From: Geosiphon pyriformis uo1
Taxonomy: Eukaryota; Fungi; Glomeromycota
Assembly: GCA_016748015.1 (NCBI GenBank)
Contig: JAAOMT010000706.1
Location: forward strand, 441,622-505,621
Direction: 5' to 3'
DNA length: 64,000 bases
Shown here: positions 26,946 to 39,800 of the stretch, one piece after another
Position numbering within the stretch: position 1 is the stretch's first letter
Layout of the letters: every line of letters begins with the position of its first letter
Notes under the pieces: generated by a model
Seen by the model: the letters and a program-made list of their open reading frames with translations, nothing else
Told to the model about the DNA's origin: nothing
The model's database searches: none
Made by a program: the position numbers and the translations under genes

Positions 26946-27434
26946 ATGGGATCAACATTCTCTAGTCATTTCTACCATAAAGATCCCACCACAACCACCA
27001 CCGCCACTTTCATTACAGAAAACAGTGAACACGATACCGAAATAACAACAGGATATCAGTGGCAGCATCCACTCCCAGCACCTCATACTAATCAATATTA
27101 TCAAACATATGATACTCCAAAGGTTATGGGAGCTATTAAGCGTAATCGACGGATGGGTTTTTATTTTTTGAAGAGGTGAAGGACAAAAAAATTTAAAATT
27201 TCTCATATTAAATGAAGATATGGTCCATTAAAACATCATTTTTTTTCCAGATCAGCCTCACAAGGCTTCTCCAAAGGCCAACTATATCTTGCACATTGCT
27301 ATCAAATGGGACAAGGTACCAATACTGATCTCCATAAAGCAATCCGAATTTATTATCAAGCCAGTAAGAAAGGAACCTCCGTGGTTAAATGTCACTTAGC
27401 TAATGCTGTTTTTAAAGTGGAACAGAATCTTTAG
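26946..27434 (+). CDS. Small Sel1-like repeat protein, 137 aa, N-terminal MGSTFS (possible myristoylation); exons 26946-27175 and 27251-27434
   Basis: Splice AG|GTGAAG...TTCCAG|A gives GFYFLKRSASQGFSKGQLYLAHCYQMGQGTNTDLHKAIRIYYQASKKG, a Sel1 consensus. Confidence 0.85.
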
Positions 27435-28506
27435 TATGTTGGTCTTTTTCTTTGTGTTGAAAAAGTGATTTGGCCTAAAGTTTTAAAAAGATATTATGGT
27501 TTAGTAGGCTGTCGATAAAAGTCCATGGCTTCCCAAGATTTTCTATTATTCCTGGAGATTAAGTTGCTTGAGTGAAAGATATTTTGAAATTCTGGCTTCT
27601 GCATCTATTTTCCTGTTTAGTTTATTCCCTTTTAAATTTCAATTTGAACTTTTATTTTTCATAGGTTGAAATTTCAATGGAATCTAGAACTATTTATTTT
27701 ACTTTAGAAACACTTTGAATATTTTTAAATGCTGGTCAGAATATTTAAAGCCACTTTTCAGGCACATAATGTCACTCTGCCAAAATTATCATAAAATATT
27801 TAATTGGGAATTTTTTGGCGAAAAAAGATGTTACTTTTTTACTGGTTAAATTATTAAACAAGCCGTTAGCATCATTTTTAACCATTTTTTGAAATGAGTT
27901 TTGGAAATACAGTTTTATTCTTTTTAAAGATGAGCTACAATTACTTCTCAAAAGATGAGATATTCGGTCTTTCACAGGGAATTTCAATCAACTACTACTA
28001 ACTGCAGACATCCTTAGTTTTCTTTGAATTGGGATTGAACTGCTATAATGGTGAAGACTCTGTTAAGAGGATACTCCACATTTGCCTGGAACAATTTAAT
28101 ATTCATGTTTAAAGAAAAATCAATAGATATATTAATTGGAGATAAGATAATTTTTTAAAAGCCCAAAATTTCCTTGATCTATGCATTCGATTTAATAATA
28201 TCCGATATATTATCTTGAATTAATATGGTTGTTTTTGGGCTCGTAATAAAACCAGTGTACCTTTGGTAAACATTCTAGATGTTCGAGACACCTTTTGAAT
28301 TCTTTCTAGAGTAAATTCAAATTCGAAATCCATCTTCATCCATTAATTTCTTTTCGATTATAATGGCTACGATCTCATTATTCATTTGAATTAACTGTGT
28401 TTTTGTCTCCGGTTCTGAAAATAATAAAATTATATTATGTTAGAAAGACAATATACCAAATACCAGCTATCTTTCCAATGAAAAGTTCCAAATTTATATA
28501 AATCAT

Positions 28507-29493
28507 TTACGTTTCACTCCTGGCCGTCTTCTCAGACAAGATCCAATTCTCAATTGCTTGCAAGATAATTGGATTCACGGGAACACTGGTTCGCCTTAAA
28601 TAATCCCCGATACGCTTAGTGAGATGGGTCATCTGTGGTGGAGTCTCCCCACACATAATGAGTAACTCGTCAGAAATAATTTTATAGGGAACTCGTTCAC
28701 CAACACATCGAAGTTGATAATATTTGACAAATTCATCATTAAGGACTGTACGATCTTCCTCGGTCCAAAATTTACCATTCATACCTTGAATGGTGCGTGT
28801 TGGACGTTTGGGAGAGTTTGGATTTGGACTTGACAATTGAGAATGCTCTGGCGATAGATCTGATCCCGATACGGAGGAGTTTAGGAAATTATTGCATTCC
28901 ATCTTTCCTCCTTCTGCTTCTACGTCTTGCATCTTTTGGTCCTCTTGATTTGATAGCACGTTTTCATTTTCTAGTTGTGCTTGAGTTGATGTTTGATGTG
29001 GTTGAAAAGTATTTGATAGTTCTGAAGCAAATGTGGCTATATTACCGCTAAAATCGTAAAAGCTAAATGAATACTTTTAGTTCAACTCTATCATAGGAAA
29101 ATTAACTGAATAAAGAAGAAATTTTCTCACAAAATATCAGGATTTACAAGATTAAAAAGATTCCCATCAATTTTATATAGTGCCTGCTGAAACGTCTCCA
29201 AACTCTTTGATACCTCAAAACTGGCTTGTCCCAGCTATTTAGATAGAATTAATTTTCAAGTCAATTTTTAAAACATGATAATTAAAATTTTGATACCCTA
29301 CCGCCTCAAATTTCCGTTGTACTTCGTGAACCCAATCTCCTGGTTGTGGTAGATTCATAATCGTATTTCTTGGATGAAAATCGAATCTGGGGGATGGAAC
29401 TGGTGGTGGTGGGGGTGGCGGTGGTACCATTGGTGGATGCCTTAATTGAGTTCTATGAATATTTCCCAAACGTGAATGACCGTTCATAGTCAT
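28507..29493 (-). CDS. Paralog B of the HTH-like protein, 283 aa; exons 29493-29302, 29234-29131, 29062-28507
   Basis: Introns GTAGGG...AAATAG (phase 0, after KFEA as in paralog A) and GTGAGA...ATTTAG (phase 2). C-terminal block GMNGKFWTEEDRTVLNDEFVKYY...RIGDYLRRTSVPVNPIILQAIENWI matches paralog A. Confidence 0.85.
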
Positions 29494-31100
29494 TGTTGAT
29501 ATTAATCGCTATGATTTGGGCAAGGAAATTCGAATGATGTTTGTTTAAATGTTCGAGGATCACGATAAGGAATATTTTTATCCGACTGCACGTCCTGCTG
29601 TTTAGGGTTCCGATTTTGAAGGGTATCACTCAAAGAAGTTTTTTGAAAATTTTAATTTTAAATTTTCCACTTGTGAACTGTGTAATCCGAGTAGTTTCTG
29701 ATAAATTACGAAGGATCGACGAGGGCTAAAATTCACCATTCACACTTAGCCAAGCGATTTTAAATGTCTGCATCTACTGGTAGATGACAATATACTTACC
29801 TACTTACATAAAGGAGGCAACGTGCATAAAATCTTTGCCGTCGATGTGTCATACAAAGGGGGAAAAGGGCGGTGTGTCTGTCAGAAATTGTTGACGGGTG
29901 ATTGTTTCTTAATTAGAGGTCAAGCTAAAGGGGTATCTTGTGTAATGGCTAAGGCATGACAGGTGGCGCATCAGTGGCGTTTGTCGATGATCAGTAAAGA
30001 TACTTTTTAAAAATGTACCTCTCTTATAAATATTACTATGAATGGCGATTTCTAATTGATTGAGAAATTGAGCGCTCCGCAAGAGACCATAGATGGCTTT
30101 ATAATTGTCTCATGAACCCAGGAGAATATGTGCCTAAAATAAAGTTGATTATTACAAAGCACACAATCAGGCGACATGGTTCAGTAAAAACTATACCTTT
30201 CCTTGGTCTTTAACTAATCTCAAACAAAAACATGTGAATGGAAATCAGAATTATATGTGGAATATACTATAAATTTTTTTAAAGCGAATATGGTAAAAGT
30301 CGAAACTTGGAAGTCAAGATTACTTATAAAATTGGTAAATATTTTTTCATATATGTTTAGTATATTGCAATTTTCCTTTAATTCAAAAAAAAGTTTCAAA
30401 AAAGCAGTCAAAGCTGAAACGTTGTGACTTAAACTTTGAAAATACGATAAAATAATTAGCAATTGTTAATTTCATTGATCCATTACAAACCCGGATTTTG
30501 AAATGTGCATTACTTAAAAAGATTAATCATAACTATGGCAAAACAGAGAATTTTCTGAAAAAAGAGGTTTCAACAATTAATTATGCAGGAGACAAAGCCA
30601 GATGTAGCAATCGCATCGATTGAGGACTAAAAGAGGTAGAGTTTTATAGACTTGAAGTCTAAGAGCTGTAGTATTTTCACCGCAATAGTGAAAGTTGCGA
30701 GACTTGAATATTTTAACTCTACTTTTGAAATAATATATTTTGGATGGATCACCACTTGATTAAGCAGTAGTGAGCAGACGAATTAATCTCCCCCTTTACT
30801 TGTATGTTTATAATTTTATATGATCGTTGAGAAAGTTTGATCAATCATTCCAGGTATCAGCCATTTTCAAAAAAAAAAATTAATCCCTTTTGGAAAGGGT
30901 TGAAAAGGTGATTTAAAAATTGCGTCAATTGATATGCTTATGATACGAATACATATAGTTAGATTGGATTCCTATTCAGTTGCCAAAGAGGGTTAGCAAA
31001 ATCTTTGTGAAAGTTCATTTTTACCGTAGAAAATCAAGGTAGCCAGTGAATTGAGTTCAAACCTAAAAAGGTAAAAACCAAAAATCATTGATTTTTTCAT

Positions 31101-34100
31101 TTTGAAAAGTTTGATCACATGTAAAAGATCATGTGAAAAAAGTCTTTTACTCTTACTAGAAATCAATATATGTTTAACCAGATAAATTCAAAGGATGTTA
31201 ATAGGCTTTTTGATCAAAAGATTCAAGTAACAAACATAAAAAAACTTGGGTTTGAAATTGATTGATAACAAAATGAAAATTTACCACTTCAAAAAGTAAA
31301 TTGTAAAAATTAAAATAATATTTAATATTATCAAACTTTTATTATTAAAAATAAAAAAAATATGTAAATTATCAGCTGATTTTTGAAAATTTCAAAATAA
31401 AATACACATTTTGTATACTCAAAGACTAATTCTGTTTAATTTTACTTTCAGTATTGAATACTAAATATAAAAAAAAGTAAGTTTAACAAATAAAATATAT
31501 TTAGTGTATTATTTTTTAAACAAAATACTTTTATTAATAGTAAAAAATAAAAAATAAATAGTTTTAAAATAATAAATTTATTTAAATATAAAGTTTTTAA
31601 AAATAATTAATAATTACAATTTATGCAAAAAGTCAATATTTATTATGTTGTAGTTATTTAAGATATGAATAAATAACAAATTATAAATTTTTAACACTTT
31701 TATCTAAAACACAAAATTTTATTATATTTTTAAAATAAATATATATTAAAAAAATTAATTAATTAAAAATTTGTTTATGTTATTTTAAATTTGAACTTAT
31801 AAAGTAGATTTTTTTAAAAAAAAACAAAAAAAAACAAACCATAATTTGTATCAATAATAATAAAACTGAAAAATCTACAAAAAAATTGTTTAAAATTTCT
31901 ACAATATTTTGTTATACATTATGGTAAATTATATGTTGGTTTCAATTACAAAAAAACACAATAATTCAAAAAAAGTAAGATTATTTTGTAAATATAATTA
32001 TTTAACTTTGAAATAATAACAAATAAATTTTAAAAAAGTAATAAATGACTTTTTAAGATTATAAATTTAATTTTGTAACCAAAAAAATTTCTTAAATGAA
32101 ATAAGAGTGATTGTACTAAATTTTGAGATGTAAAATTTATTATTAAATTTGAATATTAAATAAAACAATAATATTAGTTTAATAAAAAATTTAAATTATT
32201 AAATAAGCAGCACAAACATAAATAATACAATTTAGATTATGTTATGTTTTGTATTCACAAAGCAGTAAATTTTTTGTTAATAATTGTTATTGCAAACTTT
32301 GTGAAAACTGTTGTGAATTGTTATTTAAATTCCCAGCAAAAAATTAAAGAGTTCTTTAACTTACTATGTTTAATTAAAGAGAGTATAATTTGAACTGATT
32401 TATTTCAAAAAATGAAACTTAGAAAAGTAGAAACTTTTACCTTGTTTAAACTTGGAAAAAATTTTATTTAAAATATATAATTGCGAGCAAGCAAAAGCTA
32501 CTGAAAAGGCTATGAAAATCAAATAAAAGCTTTTTTAGATAATAATTTAGGCCACTTTGTTTAAAATCCAAATTTGATGTTCAACAGCCAAAAAACAGAT
32601 GGAAAGAAAAAGAGTGTCGAGTAATGATCAAAACTTGTATTCAGAACAAAGTACGATTTCAATATTATAATTTTAAAAACATATAAAAACACTTTTATCC
32701 CTTCAAAGATACGAAAACCTATATTCATATATGAAAAATGGAAGGTAGGTTACATCAAATCTTCTTTTCGATCGAAATTAAGATTTTTTTCTCCAAGTAA
32801 TATATAGCTGGTTGATAGATATTCGTGGTTTGTTGAATTTCTCTTGCATTTCGAATGAAGATATTTCTCTTTGAGGGAGTATATGCTCCTTGATTAGAGG
32901 CCAATGATTCACCGTATTGAGACATTGAAAAAAACTAGACTTTGGTTTTTGATTTTATGATTATTCTAATTTTATAGGGCAAATTAGAAATGCTTATAAA
33001 ACAGATGGAGAATCAAAATGTTCTCGCGTGCAGTCATTATATATGTATTTGGATAAAATATTTTTAATAAAACTTATCTCTAATTTCTTGAAGAATTATA
33101 TGTAATTGGGCTTGGCGGTTGAAAAAACCGACATCTCCTATTCAAATTTCGGAGAAATCTTGCCGGGTTAAGCTGAACTGACATCAACTATTTCAGTTTT
33201 CAGAAAAAAACGGACATCAACTATTACAGTTTTCGGAGAAGAACGGACTACTTTAAAAGTAAGTACTTTGACACCATCCAAAACCACAAGACTCGCCCCC
33301 CTTTTTAAATGTGTCCGATATTTATTTAGTTTTTCCCCGTGTATGATTATTAAAGATTTCGATCTAGCGTAAAATATTCTTTCCTGCTAAAAATATCTTC
33401 AAGATATATATTTTTGCATTTTGTAAAAAAATATTTCCGAGTCATAATATAAAAATTGTTATTTGAGTTAAAAACAGACATAAGTTAAAAAAAATTTCAA
33501 TGGCCACTTCTATAAATAAATTACGTGTTTTATGGTTATTATAGCCGGAACATAAAGTATCTGCATTGAGCACCGTTTAAAATATTTGATATATAATATT
33601 TTCTCATCTTAATTGTTTCAATAAAAGGATAAATATTTGAGAGAATAACAAAGAACAATAGGACCAACTGAATATTTCTCTTTGAAAAATTGGGTTTTCA
33701 TTTTTATTTATCTATGGAAGACAGTGCAACTTCTATTTTTTTCAGCCAGAAAAACGTATGTTTTCTTCCAGTTTGCAATTTTACATTCAAGTTTAAAATC
33801 CTTTTAGAGTTGAGAATTTGATTAAATTAGTGATTTTTTAAAATTAAACCACAAATTTCGGCTTTGTTTGATTAGATTTTTTAACCAAATTTAATTAAAA
33901 AAGAAGTCATCGATATTATTATTAAATCCAATTGTTAAAGCATTAATTTCATCAGGACATATTAATATGACCGTAAGAAATCATAGTTTTTTTTAAAAAA
34001 ACAATTCCAGGCTTATCTTTATTCCCAATTAATTGCTTTGAATTTTTATATCTTTAAATAACTTTTTGTTATTTTTTATTGATGAATTATTTATTAAATT

Positions 34101-35087
34101 AAATATTAAAATATTTTTTTTATTAAATATAAATATTAGTATTTAATGAAAAATTAAGGGAAAATTAATTTTTTAGAAAAAGTTTTTAATTAATAAATTA
34201 ATTGATTGCAATTTTTAAAAATAGGCTTTTTTATTTTATTTTATTTTATTCAATTATTATATATATATTGATCGGAATATTATGTATACATACAAATTTA
34301 GTTAAACAATTATTTAGTATAGTCAGACCTAATATTATGTTATTGCTATTTAATTTTTTAAATAATTCACATTTTATAAATTTACTTAATGAATTTTCAA
34401 ATTTTTTTAAAAAAATAATATTGATTTAATATTTATAAAATTATAATTTAAAAAATGTTACAGAGTATAAAAAACAAATTTATATTTAAATTAATTATTT
34501 TTTCAAAGTTTTTAAAAATATGTTTAAGCATATATTTTCTTTGATTTTATCTTCAAAAAAAAAAAAAAAAAAAGATTTTTCAAAAAAATTTTACCAAGCA
34601 CATAAAAATTGATTTTTTTGACAAACTTTTTTCAAATTCAATTTTGTCATTTTAATAAATGTAATAAAAAAACAAAACCATAATTTCCTTTTGTAAAAAA
34701 ATTTTTAGTGTATCATTTTTAATTTGATAACAAATTATTCTTTTCTTAAATTATAAATCGAAGCATGAAAATTCATTTTCGTATTTCCATATTTATCATC
34801 TAATGGATCTTTTGTGTCCCCCTCTCTTTACTCTCCTACCTATATCCTGAACTTTCATTATCAGAGCAATATAAATTTGATATATTTTTCGTATTACAAT
34901 TCAATAAAAGTTAAATATATTATCGATCAAAATAGATTGTTTTTGACCAAATATTTTTGATAAATAATAGTCTGATTTATGAAATAACTACTTTGAAAGA
35001 CAAAGTTAAAAAAATTATTTTTACTAGAATTTCACTTTATCAGCTTGTACAAACTCATTTAAATTTGGTTAGTCTAATATTACATAA
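31101..35087. repeat. Right arm of the long inverted repeat (partner 13-3627)
   Basis: Reverse complement of the window start; see the left arm. Confidence 0.93.
32727..32925 (-). pseudogene. Disrupted copy (member B) of the 78-aa microprotein gene
   Basis: The first 40 codons are almost identical to 1665-1784. A net 22-nt deletion then shifts the frame (TGA at 32755-32757). The original frame also has GAA>TAA, and the PKNP* end is deleted. Confidence 0.85.
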
Positions 35088-36853
35088 CTGACCAAGTTAC
35101 AGAGTAAGGTTTGTCCCATATTTCCAAAAATAAGGATAGTATATATCTATCCTAAATTTAGTAATCATAATTTACTACATGTAAATTATATCAAAAAATT
35201 ACTAGATATTGCAATCGAAAATTAATAACAATAATTATGAAGTTTTAAGATTCGAGTTTTTAATAAAAAAAAATTTTGAAAGTTTTTTTTCAATAAATAT
35301 TGATTTATCTTGGAAATTTTGTTTGAGAATGTTTAATTTAATAAAATATTTTACCATTTTTAGCATAACTCTTTCATATGAGATATTATATATATTAGTT
35401 TGGTCTAATTATTTGTTAAAATATTAAATTTTTAGAGAAAGTTTTTTAATTTGTAATTATAGTGTTATCCAATTATATTTAGTCTCATGTAGTATCAACT
35501 AATGTTATCTATATTAGCCACCCTATTTTTAAAATGAGTTGATGTGATGTGATCATTGAGCAAGATTCTCCAAAGCCATAAAAAAAAATCTATACTTGGA
35601 TCCATACTCAGATCAAATAATTTCAGACAAGATCAATACAATGATATTAACTCCTTTATTTCTTGTTCACTATTTCTTTTCCCTTTTCTTTTTTTGATTT
35701 GTATATTGTAAGCTTTTGTGAAACATATTGAATAAATGTTTACTAAAAAGTACAAATGATACCCATTATTGAATTATAAGAGCACTCATAAGACATTTAA
35801 TTTTAGCAGCTGTCTTATCTTTTGTTAGCATTATAGACTATCTTTTAACCTTCAGATTCTCTTGTTACCTTTTGGAAAGAATAGCGACTGAGATATTTAT
35901 GAGACTGATCTTACAAATTCAATTTGTTCTTTTAAGTTGAATTTTCTTTTGATTGTTTTCTTGCCACACAATATTTGTTCCATCTTGCAATTCATTAGTG
36001 TGTTGATCTGACCTATAACAATAGTAAATGTAATTTAATAACAAATTATCCCAAATTTGGCTTAAAAAGGATCTTTGTTTAACTTTAAAACAATATTTTG
36101 ATTATCAAATTGTGAAAATTACATTAATAAAATGTTTTTTATTAAAAAAAAAACTTGACAATATTATTAAATTTGTAGCTACAAATTACAAAATCAAAAG
36201 AAAATTAAGTCTGTAGTGCTATCGTATTTTTTTTCAGACAGAACTCAAGGCTAAGCACTTGCTTTTACAAAATAAATAAAAATTTTTATAATCAGCGACT
36301 CAATTTTTACCATTCGCAATAAAATTTTTAATATCCTATATAATAGTTAAATAGCAAAAAATTTTTAGGAATAAAGAAGTTTAGAAAGGGAAAATATAAT
36401 TAGTAGCTCAGCTAGAAAACTTTAAAAAGGAATTCATTAAAAATAAATTTTAATCTAACGAAACAACTTTATTGGAAACTTATTTTATTACATCATTCGC
36501 TAGTAGTTGAACCCGTTATTGATATTAGTTCATACAACTTTGTGGCAATTTCTTGCTAGCGAATCATAATTTTTCTTATATTATGTATTTCACTTTAAAA
36601 CAAAAATATAACTAAACTTCAATGCCATTAACATAGACTAAAATTTTTAACAAATCAAACGTTTTAATAATATTATGTGTAGATCAAGTCACAACTTTGA
36701 TAAAAATGAACTAAAATTTGTATAGATTAAAATAATTTATTATGGTGTCAACAGTTTATTTTCCTCATTATGAGTAGGTATAAATAAACTTTCTATGTTT
36801 CTTATTTTCCATTTATCTGACAAAAATATTTCATCCTTGAAAAAAAGCCTATA

Positions 36854-39800
36854 ATGGTAATTTACTAATTTTTGACTGTTGTGAATCAGTTGCAGTTAGC
36901 ATTATTGTAAAAATGCTGACAATTTTGTTGGCTTTTCTAAACTTCAGTATCTATCTTCAAATCCGAGAACAGAAGACTTTTCAAATAGCCATGAAGCGGG
37001 TAAATTTTGGGCTCTTGTGAATACATTAATTAAATTTGTATCTAAAACTCTTGAACAATTTCAAAGAAGGACGTGAAGAAATGTTTGACGAGTCTGACGA
37101 CGAGTTTGACGATGATTTAAGTGAATCTGAGAAAAATTCTCTTACTCTCACAGAATTTTTTAATCTAACCTTTGGAACGAAGCCTTTGAAGTTTGATTCC
37201 ACTCATTTTGTTTGCGAAGAATTGGACATTTCAAAGTTTCATCAACTTGTTACACCAATGCTTGAAACTGGTGAACAGGGAATTCTACGCAACCTTTTCC
37301 CACACTTAATCGATCTTCTCAGCCGAACAGTGAGTTTTGAAAAGATTGCTACTTGCATCCAGGAAATTCTCAAGAGCGACTCAAACCAGAGCCTAAGAAA
37401 ATTAGAAACCTGCAAAGGCCGTGATTATCTTGTTGCGTTTCTTGATTATGTCCCTGATCAGTCTTTGCCAAAAATGCTCGGTACACTTGTATCTTCTAAC
37501 ATACCTGTCCCTCTCCTTTTGACAAAGGAGCATCAGTACTATGAGAAAGGTCTGAGAGTACTATCTGCTCTACGCGATGTAGTAATTGAAAAGGAATACT
37601 GCCTTTTACTGTTTATGAACTTGACAACATCCCAACTGGAGAATCCTTTTTCCAAGCAGCTTTATCCTGCCTTGTGCAAGAATCGTGAAAAATTCACAGG
37701 AATTACGTTTCCTGGTTCAATTGATATTACCTTCCATCCAGCATCAGAAAATAAGCTTCGCCGGCCTATAGCTATTGCTGAAGCATATAACCACGAACTC
37801 ATATCTGATCCATTCCAAAGTATTCTTCAAAACCTATCGAAAGAGGCATTCTTAATTATCTTGCATGCCACTGATATTGATTTTACTGGAAGTGAACCAC
37901 TCAAAGAGCTTGGAGAGCAAATTGCATTAATTGCTAGAAGCTTGGATGGGAAATTTGGCAAAAAGATTTTAATTCTTTACATGGATTCGAAATCACAACC
38001 AATCGCTTTTCGCCGTAAAATGTTCAAACAGCGAAAGCAATCACTAGAGGCATTGTTCCATCTTCATAATAATGAACATAATGTTCCCTCTGAGTTTCAC
38101 ATGAAGGTCATTTCAACTGAAAAAATGGAACAAAATCTGGAAGATATTAAAAGAGATATTTTGGTCCAGTTGCCCCCTGAAAATCAGCAACGCATGTATC
38201 CTCCTCTTGGTATCAGGCTGCCTTCTAGAGAGGTGCTAATTGTCTGGTCCGACATAAGTGATGATACTTTCACCAGATCAATGATGCAACTCGGTTTTCA
38301 GACCGGTGTAAATGGTTTTCGCCGCGCTCAAATATTCCCGGCATCTAATTATGAACGGGAAATTGAAAATCTTAAAGATAAACGACGTTTAAGCTCCGAT
38401 AAATATTCCAATTACATTTCGGATGAAGAAATTGATCAAAATGTCAAGAAATTTAATTTGGAAAAGACGCGTATTGGAGATTCTCCTCAAATCTCTGTTC
38501 TTGAGCTCTTTTCTCGAGCTATAATCAACAATAATTTCATCGAGATGAAGAATTTTGCTCGAGATATTGACAGTGTATTTAAAACTCATTTACAAATGCT
38601 TTCGTTACAAGAAAGTAGATCTACACAAAATCCAAACGACATAACGCGGGAACAACTCAAACAACAAATTGAGGATAACGATATTTCGATACATGATTTT
38701 TGGAGAGAATTTGTGATTCTCTCGACAACCAGATACACTCGTGATCTAACTGTTTTGGAAAAACTATATGGAGTGAAACCAAGGTTGGATAAAACTGCTT
38801 CAATCTTTTTTTCACTAATTTAGAAAGCTAAAACTATTTGATATTGTAACCAGCCATCTTCAAAATGCTTATAAAACATGGGTTAATGAAGGCGAAGCAA
38901 TGCAAATGTTGGATGGTTTATCACTACGCGCCCTCGATCCATCATTTTTATCGGATGTTCTTTCCTCTTTGATGTCCGATTCTAATCGAAAGTTGATTGT
39001 TATTTCTGTCATTGGTCTTGAAAGTTCCGGAAAATCGACCCTCTTAAATTATTTATTTAAATGTGGATTTTCCACGTCTGCAGGCCGATGGTAACAGATT
39101 AAATCATTCGTGATTTTTTTATAAAGGTCGCGTTGTCCATAAAGTTAAACTTAATCGCATTTATATGTATTGATTATCTTTTTAGCACTAAAGGAATGTA
39201 TATGTCCTATCGCCACTCGGATTTCAATGGAATTCCCTTTGATCTGCTTATTCTTGACTCTGAAGGAATGAGCTCTACAGCACAAAAGTATATCACCAGA
39301 AGAAGCAGTTTTGATAAAAAGATCACCCTACTAGCTCTCATGTGCTCCCAAATTGTCATCATCAATACAAAGGGGTTGACTAAAGATATTTCAAATATTC
39401 TTGAAGTATCTTCTTATCATTTAGATGCCTTGAGTAAGCGCAAATCTAAGCCACGATTACATTTTGTTTTACGCGACATGATGGACTCTAATAAAGCACA
39501 AAAGCCAGCATTCGATGATATTCGCGAAAGTCTTGAACAAATGTTCCGCGAATTGCCTGGATGCACCCAAGATTTGAATGATTTCATGACTATTTCTGAG
39601 GAAGATGTCCATCTACTGGTTAATGCATTCACTTCTTTCAATGATGATCTAAGACCCAAAGTAATGAACATGTCGGAGACCGAGCACATTCATCTGCCAG
39701 CTGTGAGCAAATCTCTGTTGTTTCATTTTTTCTTTTTCAATTGAATTGAGCATTTGAAAGGATCTAAATTTAATTTCGTCAGTTAACATATTTTTAGGAA

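Noticed and set aside
23423-29493. HD1/HD2 mating-type locus
   Set aside because: No homeodomain WFxNxR motif, and the genes are convergent rather than divergent.
13-35087. One giant TIR transposon (Maverick/Starship-like) defined by the inverted repeat
   Set aside because: No integrase, polymerase, recombinase or transposase lies inside, no target-site duplication is visible, and the arms contain a host-like small gene.
36913-36999. ATG 36913 or 36991 as the GTPase start
   Set aside because: Phase-incompatible with the exon-3 acceptors and not conserved in copy 2.
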